A stretch of DNA of 57,569 nt, from positions 1 to 57,569 of the IMG/VR virus record IMGVR_UViG_3300011113_000476, one strand, 5' to 3'. A program made the position numbers and the translations under genes. The stretch's first letter is position 1; every line of letters starts with the position of its first letter. The notes under the pieces are model-generated. The model was not told where the DNA came from, did no database searches, and saw only the letters and a list, made by a program, of their open reading frames with translations. Source of the DNA: a virus (taxonomy: Duplodnaviria > Caudoviricetes). Shown piece by piece: positions 21,801 to 28,447 of this stretch.

Positions 21801-23848
21801 TTACGTCACCTCCGACATTCGATTCGAACGTTATTACTAATCTGACTGTGTACCCAGTTGATAACATCAATAATGCAAACGATAGAATTCAAGCATATTA
21901 TCAACCTGAATTAGGCCAGCCTGGAAAAGATCTGTCATTGCTGCAATCGGGTATTGATTATCCTGGGGTAAAAATAGAAGGCCCAACTTTCAGTGATAAC
22001 GGAGGTTTTGGCGGGTCAGGTCCTGAGCCCCCACTACCTGGAATCAGTGCTGCTGATGGCTTTGATGCCACTCTATTTGATCCATTGGAATTTGACGAAA
22101 ACGGAATTCCTATTTTAAGTGATGCTATCTTAGATTCTAAAGTAACCAGTACTTTCAATGATATCACTTTAGGGACAAAACCAGAAGACATTATTGTTGA
22201 CGGGGGCCCTTTTGTTTATAGTTACTTTACCGAGTGGAAAGCTAATAGATATTATGACAAAGGGGATTTAATTTCTTACAACGATAAAGTGTGGTATGTG
22301 GTCACACCAACTACTACAGGAAATGTATTTTCTACAGCTAACTTGACCATTTATAATGTGGGGCCATATGCAAGTCATGCTCCTGAAGAAATGATTCCCG
22401 GAAGAGTGTATGATACACTAGATATGACAGTTACCACTATAGCAACAGATCCCACTGCTACTTATTATACTGACTGGTCGACGGCCGGCGGAATTCAACT
22501 TGATTATATACAAATTATCGATCCAGGCAGCGGATATTCCCCAGCAGATATTGGTGTAACTATAGTAGGCGGTTCGTATTTTACACAAGCTCAAGCTCAG
22601 GTAATATTGAACTCAAACGGATCTGCAACATCATTCCAAGTAGTTAATAATGGTGGGGGGTATGATACTACTCCCGAAGTAGTAGTAACAGGAGCTAATA
22701 CATCACCGATAATTGCCACAGCGGTGATGAAATTAAGTGTTTCTCCGAATGGAAACGCATGGCCAATGATGTCTTATCGAATCTTTAAAGATATGAATGA
22801 TAACTTTACATATCTCAGAGAGGACGGTGCAAGTACCACCACATTAGCCGCAAATTTAAGTCTAACAGATACTACTATTCGAGTAACAGATGCAAGTAAA
22901 TTAGCTACCCCATCTTCGAATGGGGGCCAACCTGGAGTTGTATACATTAACGGCGAACGGATTACCTATTATTCTAAGGACAACGCAACTAATACTTTAG
23001 GAAGAATTCGCAGAGGGACCAGCGGCACCGGAGCTAAAAATCATTTTGCAGGAAATACAGTAATTGACGGAAGTCAAAATCAAATTATACCAAAGTCTGG
23101 AAATTATGTTTGGTATGCAAGATCGCAAGGCACTGGCACAATAAATGTAAATGTCTATAGTAGTACATTAGAAGGAGTAGGCACTACATTTACAACATTG
23201 ACTCCAGGAACACAAATATTTGCAGGGGTGAATGACGAAAATGTAGTAGAATCGACTTTGGGAAATTCTAGTATAAAGTCCACGACTACTGGACAACAAT
23301 TAATAGGTACTATTAGTAGTGTAATAAGTGATACAGTTGCAGTACTGGCAGTTACAAAGAGAAATCCAGATGTGCCAGAAGGAAATCCTGTTGAATGGGC
23401 ATATATTTCTGCAAATAATGCACCGTACTATGTAGCTGCAAATATATCTAATGTTACTGTTCGGTATACAGGAAATATTACAGCAACTACCAGCAGCAAC
23501 ATTATTACTGGAAATGGTACAATATTTTTAGCTGAGCTAAATGTGGGCAATGATTTATACGATAATGGTGGTAATATAATAGGAACTATCAGTAATGTAA
23601 TCAGCAATACCTCTGCGTATATTAGTAGTAATTCTTCAGTGACCTTGGCAGATGAAAGGTTTACCACATATTATACATTCGAATCCAATGTTGCTTATGT
23701 ACAAACTAATATTTGGTATAGTTTGGGCAATTCAGCTCAAGCAAATGCCACTGGAGTGTTAGGAAATACAACAGCTACAAATGCAAAAGGATTGTTTAAT
23801 GCCAATACTTTACCGGTAAGCTTCTTAAAACAAGGATTACAAGGGTAA
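9827..23848 (+). CDS. Giant modular baseplate/virion protein (4673 aa; gp7-position) with YHYH-like, FG-GAP propeller and CBM5/12-like modules
   Basis: Uninterrupted 14-kb ORF after gp6. Contains 'HSKLIGFAADGYPIYGPFG...LDQYNGRFCVTPEFPNGTYAYF', seven FG...GAP-type repeats, four W-x5-Y/F-x5-6-Y modules and GGSGY-type repeats. Confidence 0.8.
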   Translation: MPITKTINFLPAVFQSDTNKRFLNATLDQLMTEPNLVPINGYVGRKFAPGFKGINTYIKEPTELRADYQLEPSVVVKNKDTGEVDFHTTYPEVLQKIDFYGGKIDNQDNLWESNFYSYNPRINADAFINFGQYYWLPNGPESVDVFAGQADLSRTFNIYAENGLQVYNISGYNTAPNPDIVLARGGNYTFNVNQPGKPFWIQTSPGLSGLSPQTNLSTRQVLGVQNNGTDVGTVTFFVPDPTAQDFYITMPTVQTVDLVSTISYANLQGKMLSDIKNNYSGIDGQVANLNGKYIIFPNYNSDSNWTANSVTVPENQRYGIWTIVLTPVGADYIINLAYYLPIPSENKVLILSGVSYGNTEWYTNSENFLEQIPVITAPLNTLYYQDGSDANQVGTIRLIDSNNNIINIDEEVIGKTNYISPNGVVFTNGLKINFDTSVIPASYQNKEYYVDGVGTGIRLIPVADLVVNQAQAKSNYDPGNNFVLYATANLNLAEDQLTITTTDFPDGVNVKVGTFPNSINTNYIVAQDLKLKYPYRPGLNDPGEHDNLTYSSDIIGITLPGILINGVSNGASVPGLDGSKWNYDTTQVLINGQDSYGGYPLENGRYVYTNSNFITANAWGNVSGFTNGYLDPATNHSKLIGFAADGYPIYGPFGYSNPVNAGSPIIRMVSSYESTNDGLFRPVSQTVTITSDVINNSLITVSSTNGLNPGMRITINSGGLESGSVWIINNGLKTATGLPPFLGTASQIQLNRNVTLTAGTTLTFEFLAGAFIEDYSYVQGSGTLDQYNGRFCVTPEFPNGTYAYFTTQASDGTPIYPYIIGRAFYGSTSIDTNTSLSEPDYIVISRASRDLNPWTRRNRWFHKDIIELTSLYNNTPQVFDSEQRAKRPIIEFDADLQLINFGKTAKPPVDIFDTVYTNAFLSIEGKTSVFADGINLVQGMRIVFAADQDPFVRNKIWEVTLENVSGNPLGSAIIHLIQVDVIEEFNTVSVFNGIVNNGKSFYFQNSGWIEGQSKTSINQPPLFDVFDNEGISFSDQIKYPVINSATQFLGTKIFSYRLGTGTPDPVLGFSLSYKNFNNIGDIQFDNNFDVETFSYGIDKVVYTKKIDSGLLYKNNADSSVTKLNVWTNVNTNTRQMQDIPFTYDGIDNTFKIDITPEVATVKPNLLVYVNFKEISINDYLAYNVPDGILIVIKRNKLQVNDRIDILVYSKKISKLGFYQVPDNLNLNAQNRTLASPTLGELRNHIGSLSRNSLYFIGNYPGVSNLRDLYIENQSGTMLQQSAPVSFAAMFLSDEKYNFASGLINAQQEYTRFKNKFINIASNSSQINPSDPVGAVDYIIKQINSVKDKTFPWYYSDMVPYGDNKNVITYNIFNPQQRNYEITTIFSNETLSNKSILIYLNGSQLLYGRDYEFLITGPGVSIKNNVTLAVGNILTIVEYQDTDGNWIPETPSKLGLYPKFTPAIYTDITYTQPQLMIRGHDGSLTPSFGDFRDNIVLELEKRIYNNIKVQYSDKLVSPYDSIPGKFRDTGFTISQYNNLLSRFYLQWASVNNLNYVENTTYQNDAPFSYNYSTALDIVNGQNLPGSWRACFQYFYDTQRPNTAPWEMLGFSEEPDWWRSTYGPAPYTSGNKILWDDLEAGFIAAGPRAGVDARFARPGLNEFIPVNENGQLLPPIGLLTNKYDSTQFNDNWNMGQYSPIETAWRNSSEYPFAVQYTSAIINPGKYFAYGITTNKYRYNPDLDQYLITGTNNRITQEDIDVNGYVNSSGDISRSSGYLNWISDYQVARGATDKTPLLNFVRDYSIQLSYRMAGFSGKNYLKILAEQNSPNSSNETIIIPDDNYALTLNKSTPVFNSRYSAVIIEKTGNGFTISGYDNAKPYFTIVPPSQTGNYLLVTSEGQSVNYYNEFTNFKINIPYGTELTTLQQVANFISGYERYLQLQGFKFEYYDETLAQIKDWQLSVKEFLFWVQQGWTNNSVIVLSPASNNLKLFNNNAVVDGINNTFYGTKVLNQNYKVLNTDNYTVTRDNNTFALSLTSTTDLIGYVDLNLVQYEHVLIFDNRTQFNDIIYDPIMGQRQYRLKLIGSKTGEWTGTLSAPGFIYNQPGVAAWRQNKDYLQGDLVEYKSFYYTASKNLPGVSEFKFSDWLPVDKNKIRTGLLNNFARNSGIGETFYNVDKVNLESEFDQYALGLIGYRNRNYLNDLGLDDTSQVKFYQGFIKEKGTLNAINALGKVSFSGRPSDVTISEDWAFRVGSYGSTGTNRSVELVLDERYVLSNPTSLEVRSNNSVLFSSLYNDSQGLYKTSLVPWSPPFLINRTTDSDYSDDIQTAGYVSVDDIDFTLFDLTNISTLNADIADITAGSTIWIAKDYEQNWNVYRVSDSESNVISLSNALNTRVQVTTNKSHGLVKNDTILLTGLDKFTGFYKVQSIIGLTSFVIEFTGDLRGFSTFNQTGQLFKLISMKTENPLGIMELTPRLGWSVNNKVWVNSYNSAGDWAVYNKTNPWELTTALQKGTLENNFQFGAAVNLASDDNFAVIGQPGYNGNVGAITNYVINFNGILVEDVTLTSSANATVGLGSVIESGNTKVITGAPDSGNGVGYVFVYERENIGTLSDIQILSPVSANIGRFGTSIAISADDNWLYIGAPDDDIVYIYGFDNTVPEQAVVTLTPNGSVSSFTLPYEPVSAETIYVQGSSATYVPHRDYTVSSSTITFTSPPPAGTIIISQGPGYNLIGTISGNAGSQFGYSLSATVDGSQIMIGAPLEDVTANISGNITTYTDSGAIHLWNRSINNFIVQDNFTVTFAAIAPVTNYTRVYVDNIEKFVGEDWYVSNSTLNLITFYSPPGQSKILTIETNVFHLIQTIVPAQPYTDQQFGYSVDICTNSCSLYAGAPYQSQVNLYNGAVYRFLNQGKVYGEILGTKANATVNSGDSIRINNYAVQFTDTSLSSVVNAINNVNALGEPIGPKIPGVTASIENNKLKLVSDSEVTFNKLNVLPGIGTAIADLGLDIFPEVDIIYNNSTKSYDYFGKLVKVNNNSDILVVASDIAATLQSTVFDNSKIYTPSPTTFDGELTIFSEPVDDSGAVWIYSYLPNDISTIESPGTFTFIQQLTPTTTNDGLKTNDRFGSAVSISKYELIVGSKNNKQLAFNGGRVYKFANPTNLLGWDVFRSQEPTVDINGIIKSYTYNALKQTVQYNLDYIDPAKGKILGLAEQELTYKIDYDPAIYNNASVDNVSVNNNLYWTDQQVGQLWWDLSTVRYIDYEQGSIKYRTTNWGRVFPGSSIDVYEWVESLYPPNQYVANGGDGEPKYNGNGAYVTLNYVDPATNFATVKYYFWVKNKTTVSTNQFGRTIPTTTVASYIESPKNSGVKYFAAVRNDSIALYNMVNETVGRDVIFHLDYATLLNSNIIHNEYALLSATNNKSENIPNNIYNKLLDSASGIDRFGNPVPDPTLAVQNRYGIDIRPRQSMFIDRNEAIREMVLYVNSIFDLNVISQGYDLTRLSQGEPEPAPNSGAYNLIVSNLEELSYVNIAILPMGYKVLVQSDSSVDNLWTIYIKDGVVENWQPNTRYLTNTVIDYNSITYTVNQTITTGATFDVNDYTYYQVQNEWNLIRVQSYATSEYWQYKDWYAPGFDRTVKPTYTIETSAQLNDLTLRSKDLVKINNNGQGKWFLIQVYPNTVTTVGIQDGTIELKKNLYALEEFGLGFDSANFDTTRFDQNPGIETRQIIQTLKDDIFIDQLDSDFLNLFFVFINYILDEQKYVDWLFKTSFINVLQKIQGLNQPAIYIKENQEFYKQYIEEVKPYKTTLREYVVDYQGYDNYNSYVSDFDVPPTYDSVLKTTRSPSGEFIQDARLLQQPEYANWLSNYAYSIASIDIIDGGSGYTLPPIITITGSRNGNNAVARALITSGVLTRIILLYPGSDYVTTPVVTITGGNGSGAIARANLINNLVRNIKTTLVYDRYTYSTTIVDWKPDTTFTQGTIIDYNGVAYIVNQTFTSPPTFDSNVITNLTVYPVDNINNANDRIQAYYQPELGQPGKDLSLLQSGIDYPGVKIEGPTFSDNGGFGGSGPEPPLPGISAADGFDATLFDPLEFDENGIPILSDAILDSKVTSTFNDITLGTKPEDIIVDGGPFVYSYFTEWKANRYYDKGDLISYNDKVWYVVTPTTTGNVFSTANLTIYNVGPYASHAPEEMIPGRVYDTLDMTVTTIATDPTATYYTDWSTAGGIQLDYIQIIDPGSGYSPADIGVTIVGGSYFTQAQAQVILNSNGSATSFQVVNNGGGYDTTPEVVVTGANTSPIIATAVMKLSVSPNGNAWPMMSYRIFKDMNDNFTYLREDGASTTTLAANLSLTDTTIRVTDASKLATPSSNGGQPGVVYINGERITYYSKDNATNTLGRIRRGTSGTGAKNHFAGNTVIDGSQNQIIPKSGNYVWYARSQGTGTINVNVYSSTLEGVGTTFTTLTPGTQIFAGVNDENVVESTLGNSSIKSTTTGQQLIGTISSVISDTVAVLAVTKRNPDVPEGNPVEWAYISANNAPYYVAANISNVTVRYTGNITATTSSNIITGNGTIFLAELNVGNDLYDNGGNIIGTISNVISNTSAYISSNSSVTLADERFTTYYTFESNVAYVQTNIWYSLGNSAQANATGVLGNTTATNAKGLFNANTLPVSFLKQGLQG

Positions 23849-23885
23849 AAACAAATAAATATTAACAACGAGCACATAGAATACC

Positions 23886-24038
23886 ATGATAAATAACCAT
23901 ACAAACACTGATTTGGAACAAAAACTTGAAAATGTTGTTCCAGAAAAACCAAACGAATCTACAGGAATTTATATGCGTGGTTTTGTAAAAATTACAGATC
24001 CAGAATCTGGTGATGTAATAGTAGAAACCGGAAATTAA
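23886..24038 (+). CDS. Small 50-aa protein not in the ORF track
   Basis: ATG 23886 to TAA 24038 gives MINNHTNTDLEQKLENVVPEKPNESTGIYMRGFVKITDPESGDVIVETGN. It fills the gap and resembles the N-terminus of the next gene. Confidence 0.65.
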   Translation: MINNHTNTDLEQKLENVVPEKPNESTGIYMRGFVKITDPESGDVIVETGN

Positions 24039-24048
24039 TGGATCACTT

Positions 24049-24642
24049 ATGCTAGATAAAACAAATACAATGATACAAGGACACATTAAAATTTGGGATC
24101 CTGTGACCGGAGAAATTTTCAGAGATAAACCCAATGCTATTCATTATGAAAATATGAGTGAAGCATTAGCACAAAGCATTGCGAACAAAGGTATTGGGTA
24201 CATACAAAATATGGCGTTTGGAAACGGTGCAACCGCGGTAGACAGTACTGGTGTTATTACGTATCTGCCAACTAACACTTTTGGACAAAATGCCAGTTTG
24301 TACAACCAAACATACAGTAAAATCGTTGATAATACCAGCGCATTAAACACAGATCCAGCAAGAAATTATATCGAAGTAAGACATACTCCAGGTCTGATTT
24401 ATACTGATATTTTTGTAAGTTGTTTACTAGATTACACCGAACCCGCAGGGCAGCAAGCATTTGATAATAGTGCAACAATGAGCGGAACCTACGTATTTGA
24501 CGAATTGGGGTTAATCAGTGAAAGCGGAAAATTACTAACTCATGTAATTTTTCACCCGGTGCAAAAAGCACTTAATAGACTTATTCAAATTGATTATACA
24601 ATTCGAATTCAGACTTTGACTAATTTGAGTACGAATTTGTAA
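24049..24642 (+). CDS. Baseplate/tail-fibre attachment structural protein
   Basis: 197 aa. 'MAFGNG', 'YVFDELGL' and 'LLTHVIFHPVQK...IQIDYTIRI' resemble tail-collar/baseplate folds. Confidence 0.6.
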   Translation: MLDKTNTMIQGHIKIWDPVTGEIFRDKPNAIHYENMSEALAQSIANKGIGYIQNMAFGNGATAVDSTGVITYLPTNTFGQNASLYNQTYSKIVDNTSALNTDPARNYIEVRHTPGLIYTDIFVSCLLDYTEPAGQQAFDNSATMSGTYVFDELGLISESGKLLTHVIFHPVQKALNRLIQIDYTIRIQTLTNLSTNL

Positions 24643-24653
24643 TTAAAAAGAAA

Positions 24654-24661
24654 TATAAATA
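24654..24661 (+). promoter_or_regulatory. T4-type late promoter TATAAATA
   Basis: Exact T4 gp55 consensus in the intergenic gap, 21 nt upstream of the fibre-like gene. Confidence 0.7.
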
Positions 24662-24682
24662 CACTAAACGGATACACGAACG

Positions 24683-26335
24683 ATGGCCTATACAATAACT
24701 TTAAGTAACGGTACACTTTTAACTACAATTCAAGATGGTACTGTTAATCAAACTAGTACCAGTTTAGCTCTAATAGGTAAAAACTATGCAGGCTACGGAA
24801 CATTTTTGAATTCTGACTTAGTACACATGTTGGAAAATTTTGCCAGTGTGGCTACTGGCGGAGGAGATAGTTCGGCCATCCCCAATCCATTGACTGGTCA
24901 GTTATGGTGGGATCTTGCTGGAAACTTAAAAGTTTATACAGGGTCTACTTGGCGTACAATGGGAACGATGACGTCCAGCAATACACAGCCCACTGGATCT
25001 AAAACAGGAAATGCATGGTGGGATACAAATTCCCAACAATTGAACATCTATAATGGATCGAGTTGGGTGTTGATTGGACCAGCATTCACAAGTAACGTCG
25101 GTCAGTCTGGTGTCAGCGTGGGACAAATTGCAGACAGTAATCCATTAGTAGCAGATCACGTTGCAGTTAACGTATTTGTTGGCACAACCTTAGTGGGTAT
25201 CATTAGTAGAGACCAAGAGTATACACCCGCAGACAGTCCAACTGGATTTACGACCATTAAACCTGGATTTAATCTAGCATCAACATCGGTGGTTGGAAAT
25301 ATTGCATTCGTAGGCAATGCAACCAACGCTAATAATTTAGGTAGCCAACCTGCTAGTAGTTATGCTAGAACAGATATTGCTACCACTTTTGCCAATACAA
25401 TTAATATAAACAATAACAGCGGATTAACCGTTGGCACAGGTAATAATTTTACAGTTTCTATTACAGGTAACACAACTCAACTTGTAAACAATGTGAATGG
25501 TGGAAACTTACAAGTTGTAGCTAATGTATTAGGTACTCTTACTCCGGCACTAACTGTAAACGGCCAAAACGGCGTTACTAGCATTGCAAATTTAAATACA
25601 ACTGGCGCATTCGTTACTTCAGGTTTTATACAGACTACACAGGGCGACAACGCCACCAGCAATGTCACTGGAGCTATTAGGGTTACAGGTGGAATTGGTT
25701 TAACTGGAAATCTGTTTACATCAAACAGTGTTATAACTTCTGGAAATGTAGTAGCCAGTGGTAGAGTACAAGCCACTGGGAATGTATCAACAGCCGCTTA
25801 CTTACTAGTAACTGGCGGCGAAAATGCTACTAGTAACGTAACAGGTGCTGTGCGTATAACCGGCGGAATGGGATTAAGCGGGTCAATATTTGCACAAGGA
25901 AATGTGAATGGAGCATATTTTAATGGTGTTGCAATTAATGCACTGTATGCTGACTTAGCAGAACGATTCGAAGCAGACGCATACTATCAGCCTGGTACAG
26001 TATTAACCATGGGCGGCGAAAAAGAAGTTACGTTAGCTGATGAAGAACTCAGTGATGAAGTATTTGGCGTGGTAAGTACGCGAGCAGCTTACTTGATGAA
26101 TAGTCAGGCGGGCTCAAATGAAACTCATCCACCTATTGCAGTTAGTGGTCGTGTTCCTGTTCTAGTTACAGGAAAAATTAAAAAAGGTGATAGATTGGTA
26201 AGTGCTGGCCGGGGAATGGCTCGTGCTGCTAGCAAAACTGAAGTTACGCCATTTAATGTAATTGGTAGAGCATTAGAAAATAAATTAGACGATGGTGAAG
26301 GCACTATATACGCTATTGTATCTTTAAATAGTTAA
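24683..26335 (+). CDS. Tail fibre / short-fibre-like protein with probable C-terminal intramolecular chaperone domain
   Basis: The N-terminus 'LIGKNYAGYG...LENFA...P...GQLWWD' is a baseplate-binding type. G/N/T-rich body with a duplicated NATSNVTGA(I/V)R(V/I)TGG repeat. C-terminal 'YADLAERF...GTVL...IAVSGRVPV...KGDRLVS...IGRALE'. Confidence 0.7.
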   Translation: MAYTITLSNGTLLTTIQDGTVNQTSTSLALIGKNYAGYGTFLNSDLVHMLENFASVATGGGDSSAIPNPLTGQLWWDLAGNLKVYTGSTWRTMGTMTSSNTQPTGSKTGNAWWDTNSQQLNIYNGSSWVLIGPAFTSNVGQSGVSVGQIADSNPLVADHVAVNVFVGTTLVGIISRDQEYTPADSPTGFTTIKPGFNLASTSVVGNIAFVGNATNANNLGSQPASSYARTDIATTFANTININNNSGLTVGTGNNFTVSITGNTTQLVNNVNGGNLQVVANVLGTLTPALTVNGQNGVTSIANLNTTGAFVTSGFIQTTQGDNATSNVTGAIRVTGGIGLTGNLFTSNSVITSGNVVASGRVQATGNVSTAAYLLVTGGENATSNVTGAVRITGGMGLSGSIFAQGNVNGAYFNGVAINALYADLAERFEADAYYQPGTVLTMGGEKEVTLADEELSDEVFGVVSTRAAYLMNSQAGSNETHPPIAVSGRVPVLVTGKIKKGDRLVSAGRGMARAASKTEVTPFNVIGRALENKLDDGEGTIYAIVSLNS

Positions 26336-26347
26336 ACAGGAACAAAT

Positions 26348-27280
26348 ATGACATACGCATCCGGCGGATTAATCGAAGCTAGTGATTTCAATAATATAGT
26401 GGGCGGAAGTGTGGCCAACGTGAGCACTCAGCTTAATACAGTATGGGCTACTGGAAGACAAACTCGGGGATATGGTCAAACGGCCGTTTCCAATGTGTCA
26501 GTATCAGGGTCAGTGGCAGCCACTGATTGGGCCACTCTTATTAATAGATTAAACTCTGCAAGAATTCATCAAAGCGGATCTGGATCAGGACTTAGTGCTC
26601 CAACAGCAGGTACCACTGTTACATTTCTTGGAACTTTAACAACCGCAGTCAGTTCTGCTTATAACAATGCATTATCTGCGGCATCGTTTGGTCCGGTATC
26701 GACTTTTGCCACGGTTACTAAATCAATGATTGCCGCGGCCGCTGTGTCAAATACCCAAACATGGACCACAACTTTTACTTTTGCCAGTGCAGATCAAGCA
26801 AGATATTTTTTTAATGCAGGCGGATATGTTGCTGTACAAGATCAGACTTATACCAATGTTAATGGACAAAGAAGAAGTCAAAGTATAGGTAATATTGTAA
26901 CTGGAACTACATTTGGCACAATCCAGGCCGTAAGTAGTAGTGCAATGTCCACAAACGTCACCGTGGGTATCAATTCAACAACATTGGGTTATTATCAACT
27001 GTCTGTAAGTCCTACAACATATAATTCAGTAACAGCAACAGGATATTATACTGGTGACACTGCAACAATGACGGCGAGAACAAATGCATCAAACGTTGCA
27101 GGTAATCAAGATAATGGAACCGTAGTTACTATTGTTTCAACTCTTTTTAGTGCAACCACAGGTAGTACTCAACCATCAGATGCATTAAATTGTACAGTGG
27201 GACTTGCACCAGTTGTAAGATTCCCAGAAACAACAAATCTGGCAAATACCTGGGGTGCTGTAACAGTCAGCATGGTCTAA
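26348..27280 (+). CDS. Virion structural protein (Ser/Thr-rich)
   Basis: 310 aa with 'GYGQT' and 'ARYFFNAGG' motifs. It is the last gene of the tail block. Confidence 0.6.
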   Translation: MTYASGGLIEASDFNNIVGGSVANVSTQLNTVWATGRQTRGYGQTAVSNVSVSGSVAATDWATLINRLNSARIHQSGSGSGLSAPTAGTTVTFLGTLTTAVSSAYNNALSAASFGPVSTFATVTKSMIAAAAVSNTQTWTTTFTFASADQARYFFNAGGYVAVQDQTYTNVNGQRRSQSIGNIVTGTTFGTIQAVSSSAMSTNVTVGINSTTLGYYQLSVSPTTYNSVTATGYYTGDTATMTARTNASNVAGNQDNGTVVTIVSTLFSATTGSTQPSDALNCTVGLAPVVRFPETTNLANTWGAVTVSMV

Positions 27281-27290
27281 GAAATTTTAG

Positions 27291-27320
27291 TTGACAAAGA
27301 GTACAGGTATATAGTAATAT
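27291..27320 (+). promoter_or_regulatory. Sigma70-like promoter for the biosynthetic island
   Basis: TTGACA (27291-27296), 18-nt spacer, TAATAT (27315-27320). It overlaps the hairpin. Confidence 0.45.
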
Positions 27321-27335
27321 ATACCTGTACTCTTT
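27296..27335 (+). terminator. Perfect 18-bp hairpin with GTAA loop (terminator-like or operator)
   Basis: AAAGAGTACAGGTATATA-GTAA-TATATACCTGTACTCTTT, ending in a T-run, at the structural/biosynthetic boundary. Confidence 0.7.
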
Positions 27336-27342
27336 TATACAT

Positions 27343-27657
27343 ATGACTCAAATCGAAGAAATTGCAATTCAAGTTAAACAAGCCACTGATTTTCAATCAA
27401 ATAAACGCACACTTAGAGAACGAATTTTAACCGATCTACACTTGCCTTACAATAACGGTCTGTTTAAAATTACACCAGAGTTGTTGGCATTTGCAGCCAC
27501 TTGGCCCAATGATAAATTTTATCTTGAAGATGTATATCAAAATCCAATTGAAATCGACCGGCAGACATTTTTGGTAAAAGCTCAACAACATTATCACAGT
27601 GTAATGAATGAATGGCATCAACAACATGACGAACTTAAAAAAATCCGCAAAGTCTAA
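27343..27657 (+). CDS. Hypothetical protein
   Basis: 104-aa ORF, first gene after the hairpin, overlapping the next gene. Confidence 0.7.
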   Translation: MTQIEEIAIQVKQATDFQSNKRTLRERILTDLHLPYNNGLFKITPELLAFAATWPNDKFYLEDVYQNPIEIDRQTFLVKAQQHYHSVMNEWHQQHDELKKIRKV

Positions 27658-28447
27658 CGGTGTCGTATTATTTGCATTTAATACTAAAAATGTTGACTAT
27701 GTAAAATTAGCAGATAGATCTAGTCGATTAATTGAAAAATATCTAAATCTACCAATTACTTTAGTCACGGATGAAGATTCTAATCCAAAATTTAATTACG
27801 ATAAAATTATAAGATATAACGCTCAAACAGGAAATGTCCGTTACGATTTAAATTTTCAATTACAGGAATGGAAAAACTTCGATAGATATTCTGTATATCA
27901 ATTAAGTCCCTATGATACAACATTGCTGATAGATGTTGATTATTTTATTTTCGATCGAAATCTACTAAAACTGTTCGATCAAAATTTCGATTTTCGGTTA
28001 ATGTATCAAATGCAAACGCCTGAACGTATTGATGGCGGGGACATGGCGCCAGCCAGTTTGCCAATGGTATGGGCCACTGTTATGTTGTTCAAAAAAACAA
28101 AACGCAGTGAAATGTTTTTTAATTTAATCGGCAGAATTCAACGTAACTATAATTATTATAGACTATTATTTGGTATCAGAGATACCAATTTTAGAAATGA
28201 TTTTGCGTTTAGTATGGCTAATATTATAATAAATGGATATAGCTTAGTACCTGAAACCAGCATACCTTGGAAGTTAATGACCATCGAACATCGATTAAAA
28301 GAAATTTACAGCAAAGATAATTTTTTTGTTGTACGTACAGAAAATCGCTGCGATGTAGTATCTCGGCAAAGTTTACATATCATGGATAAGAATTACATTC
28401 TGTCAGATGAGTTCGGTCAATTAATTGATAAGGTATGTCATGAATAA
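27608..28447 (+). CDS. Glycosyltransferase-like protein (GT-A/GT8-like)
   Basis: 'SPYDTTLLIDVDY' DxD motif, N-terminal 'YVKLA...SRLIE' and 'RNDFAF'. The start may be ATG 27626. Confidence 0.65.
   Translation: MNGINNMTNLKKSAKSNGVVLFAFNTKNVDYVKLADRSSRLIEKYLNLPITLVTDEDSNPKFNYDKIIRYNAQTGNVRYDLNFQLQEWKNFDRYSVYQLSPYDTTLLIDVDYFIFDRNLLKLFDQNFDFRLMYQMQTPERIDGGDMAPASLPMVWATVMLFKKTKRSEMFFNLIGRIQRNYNYYRLLFGIRDTNFRNDFAFSMANIIINGYSLVPETSIPWKLMTIEHRLKEIYSKDNFFVVRTENRCDVVSRQSLHIMDKNYILSDEFGQLIDKVCHE

Noticed and set aside
25640-25895. Duplicated NATSNVTGA repeat as a DNA-level mobile repeat
   Set aside because: Synonymous positions differ between the copies. It is an ordinary protein repeat of a fibre shaft.
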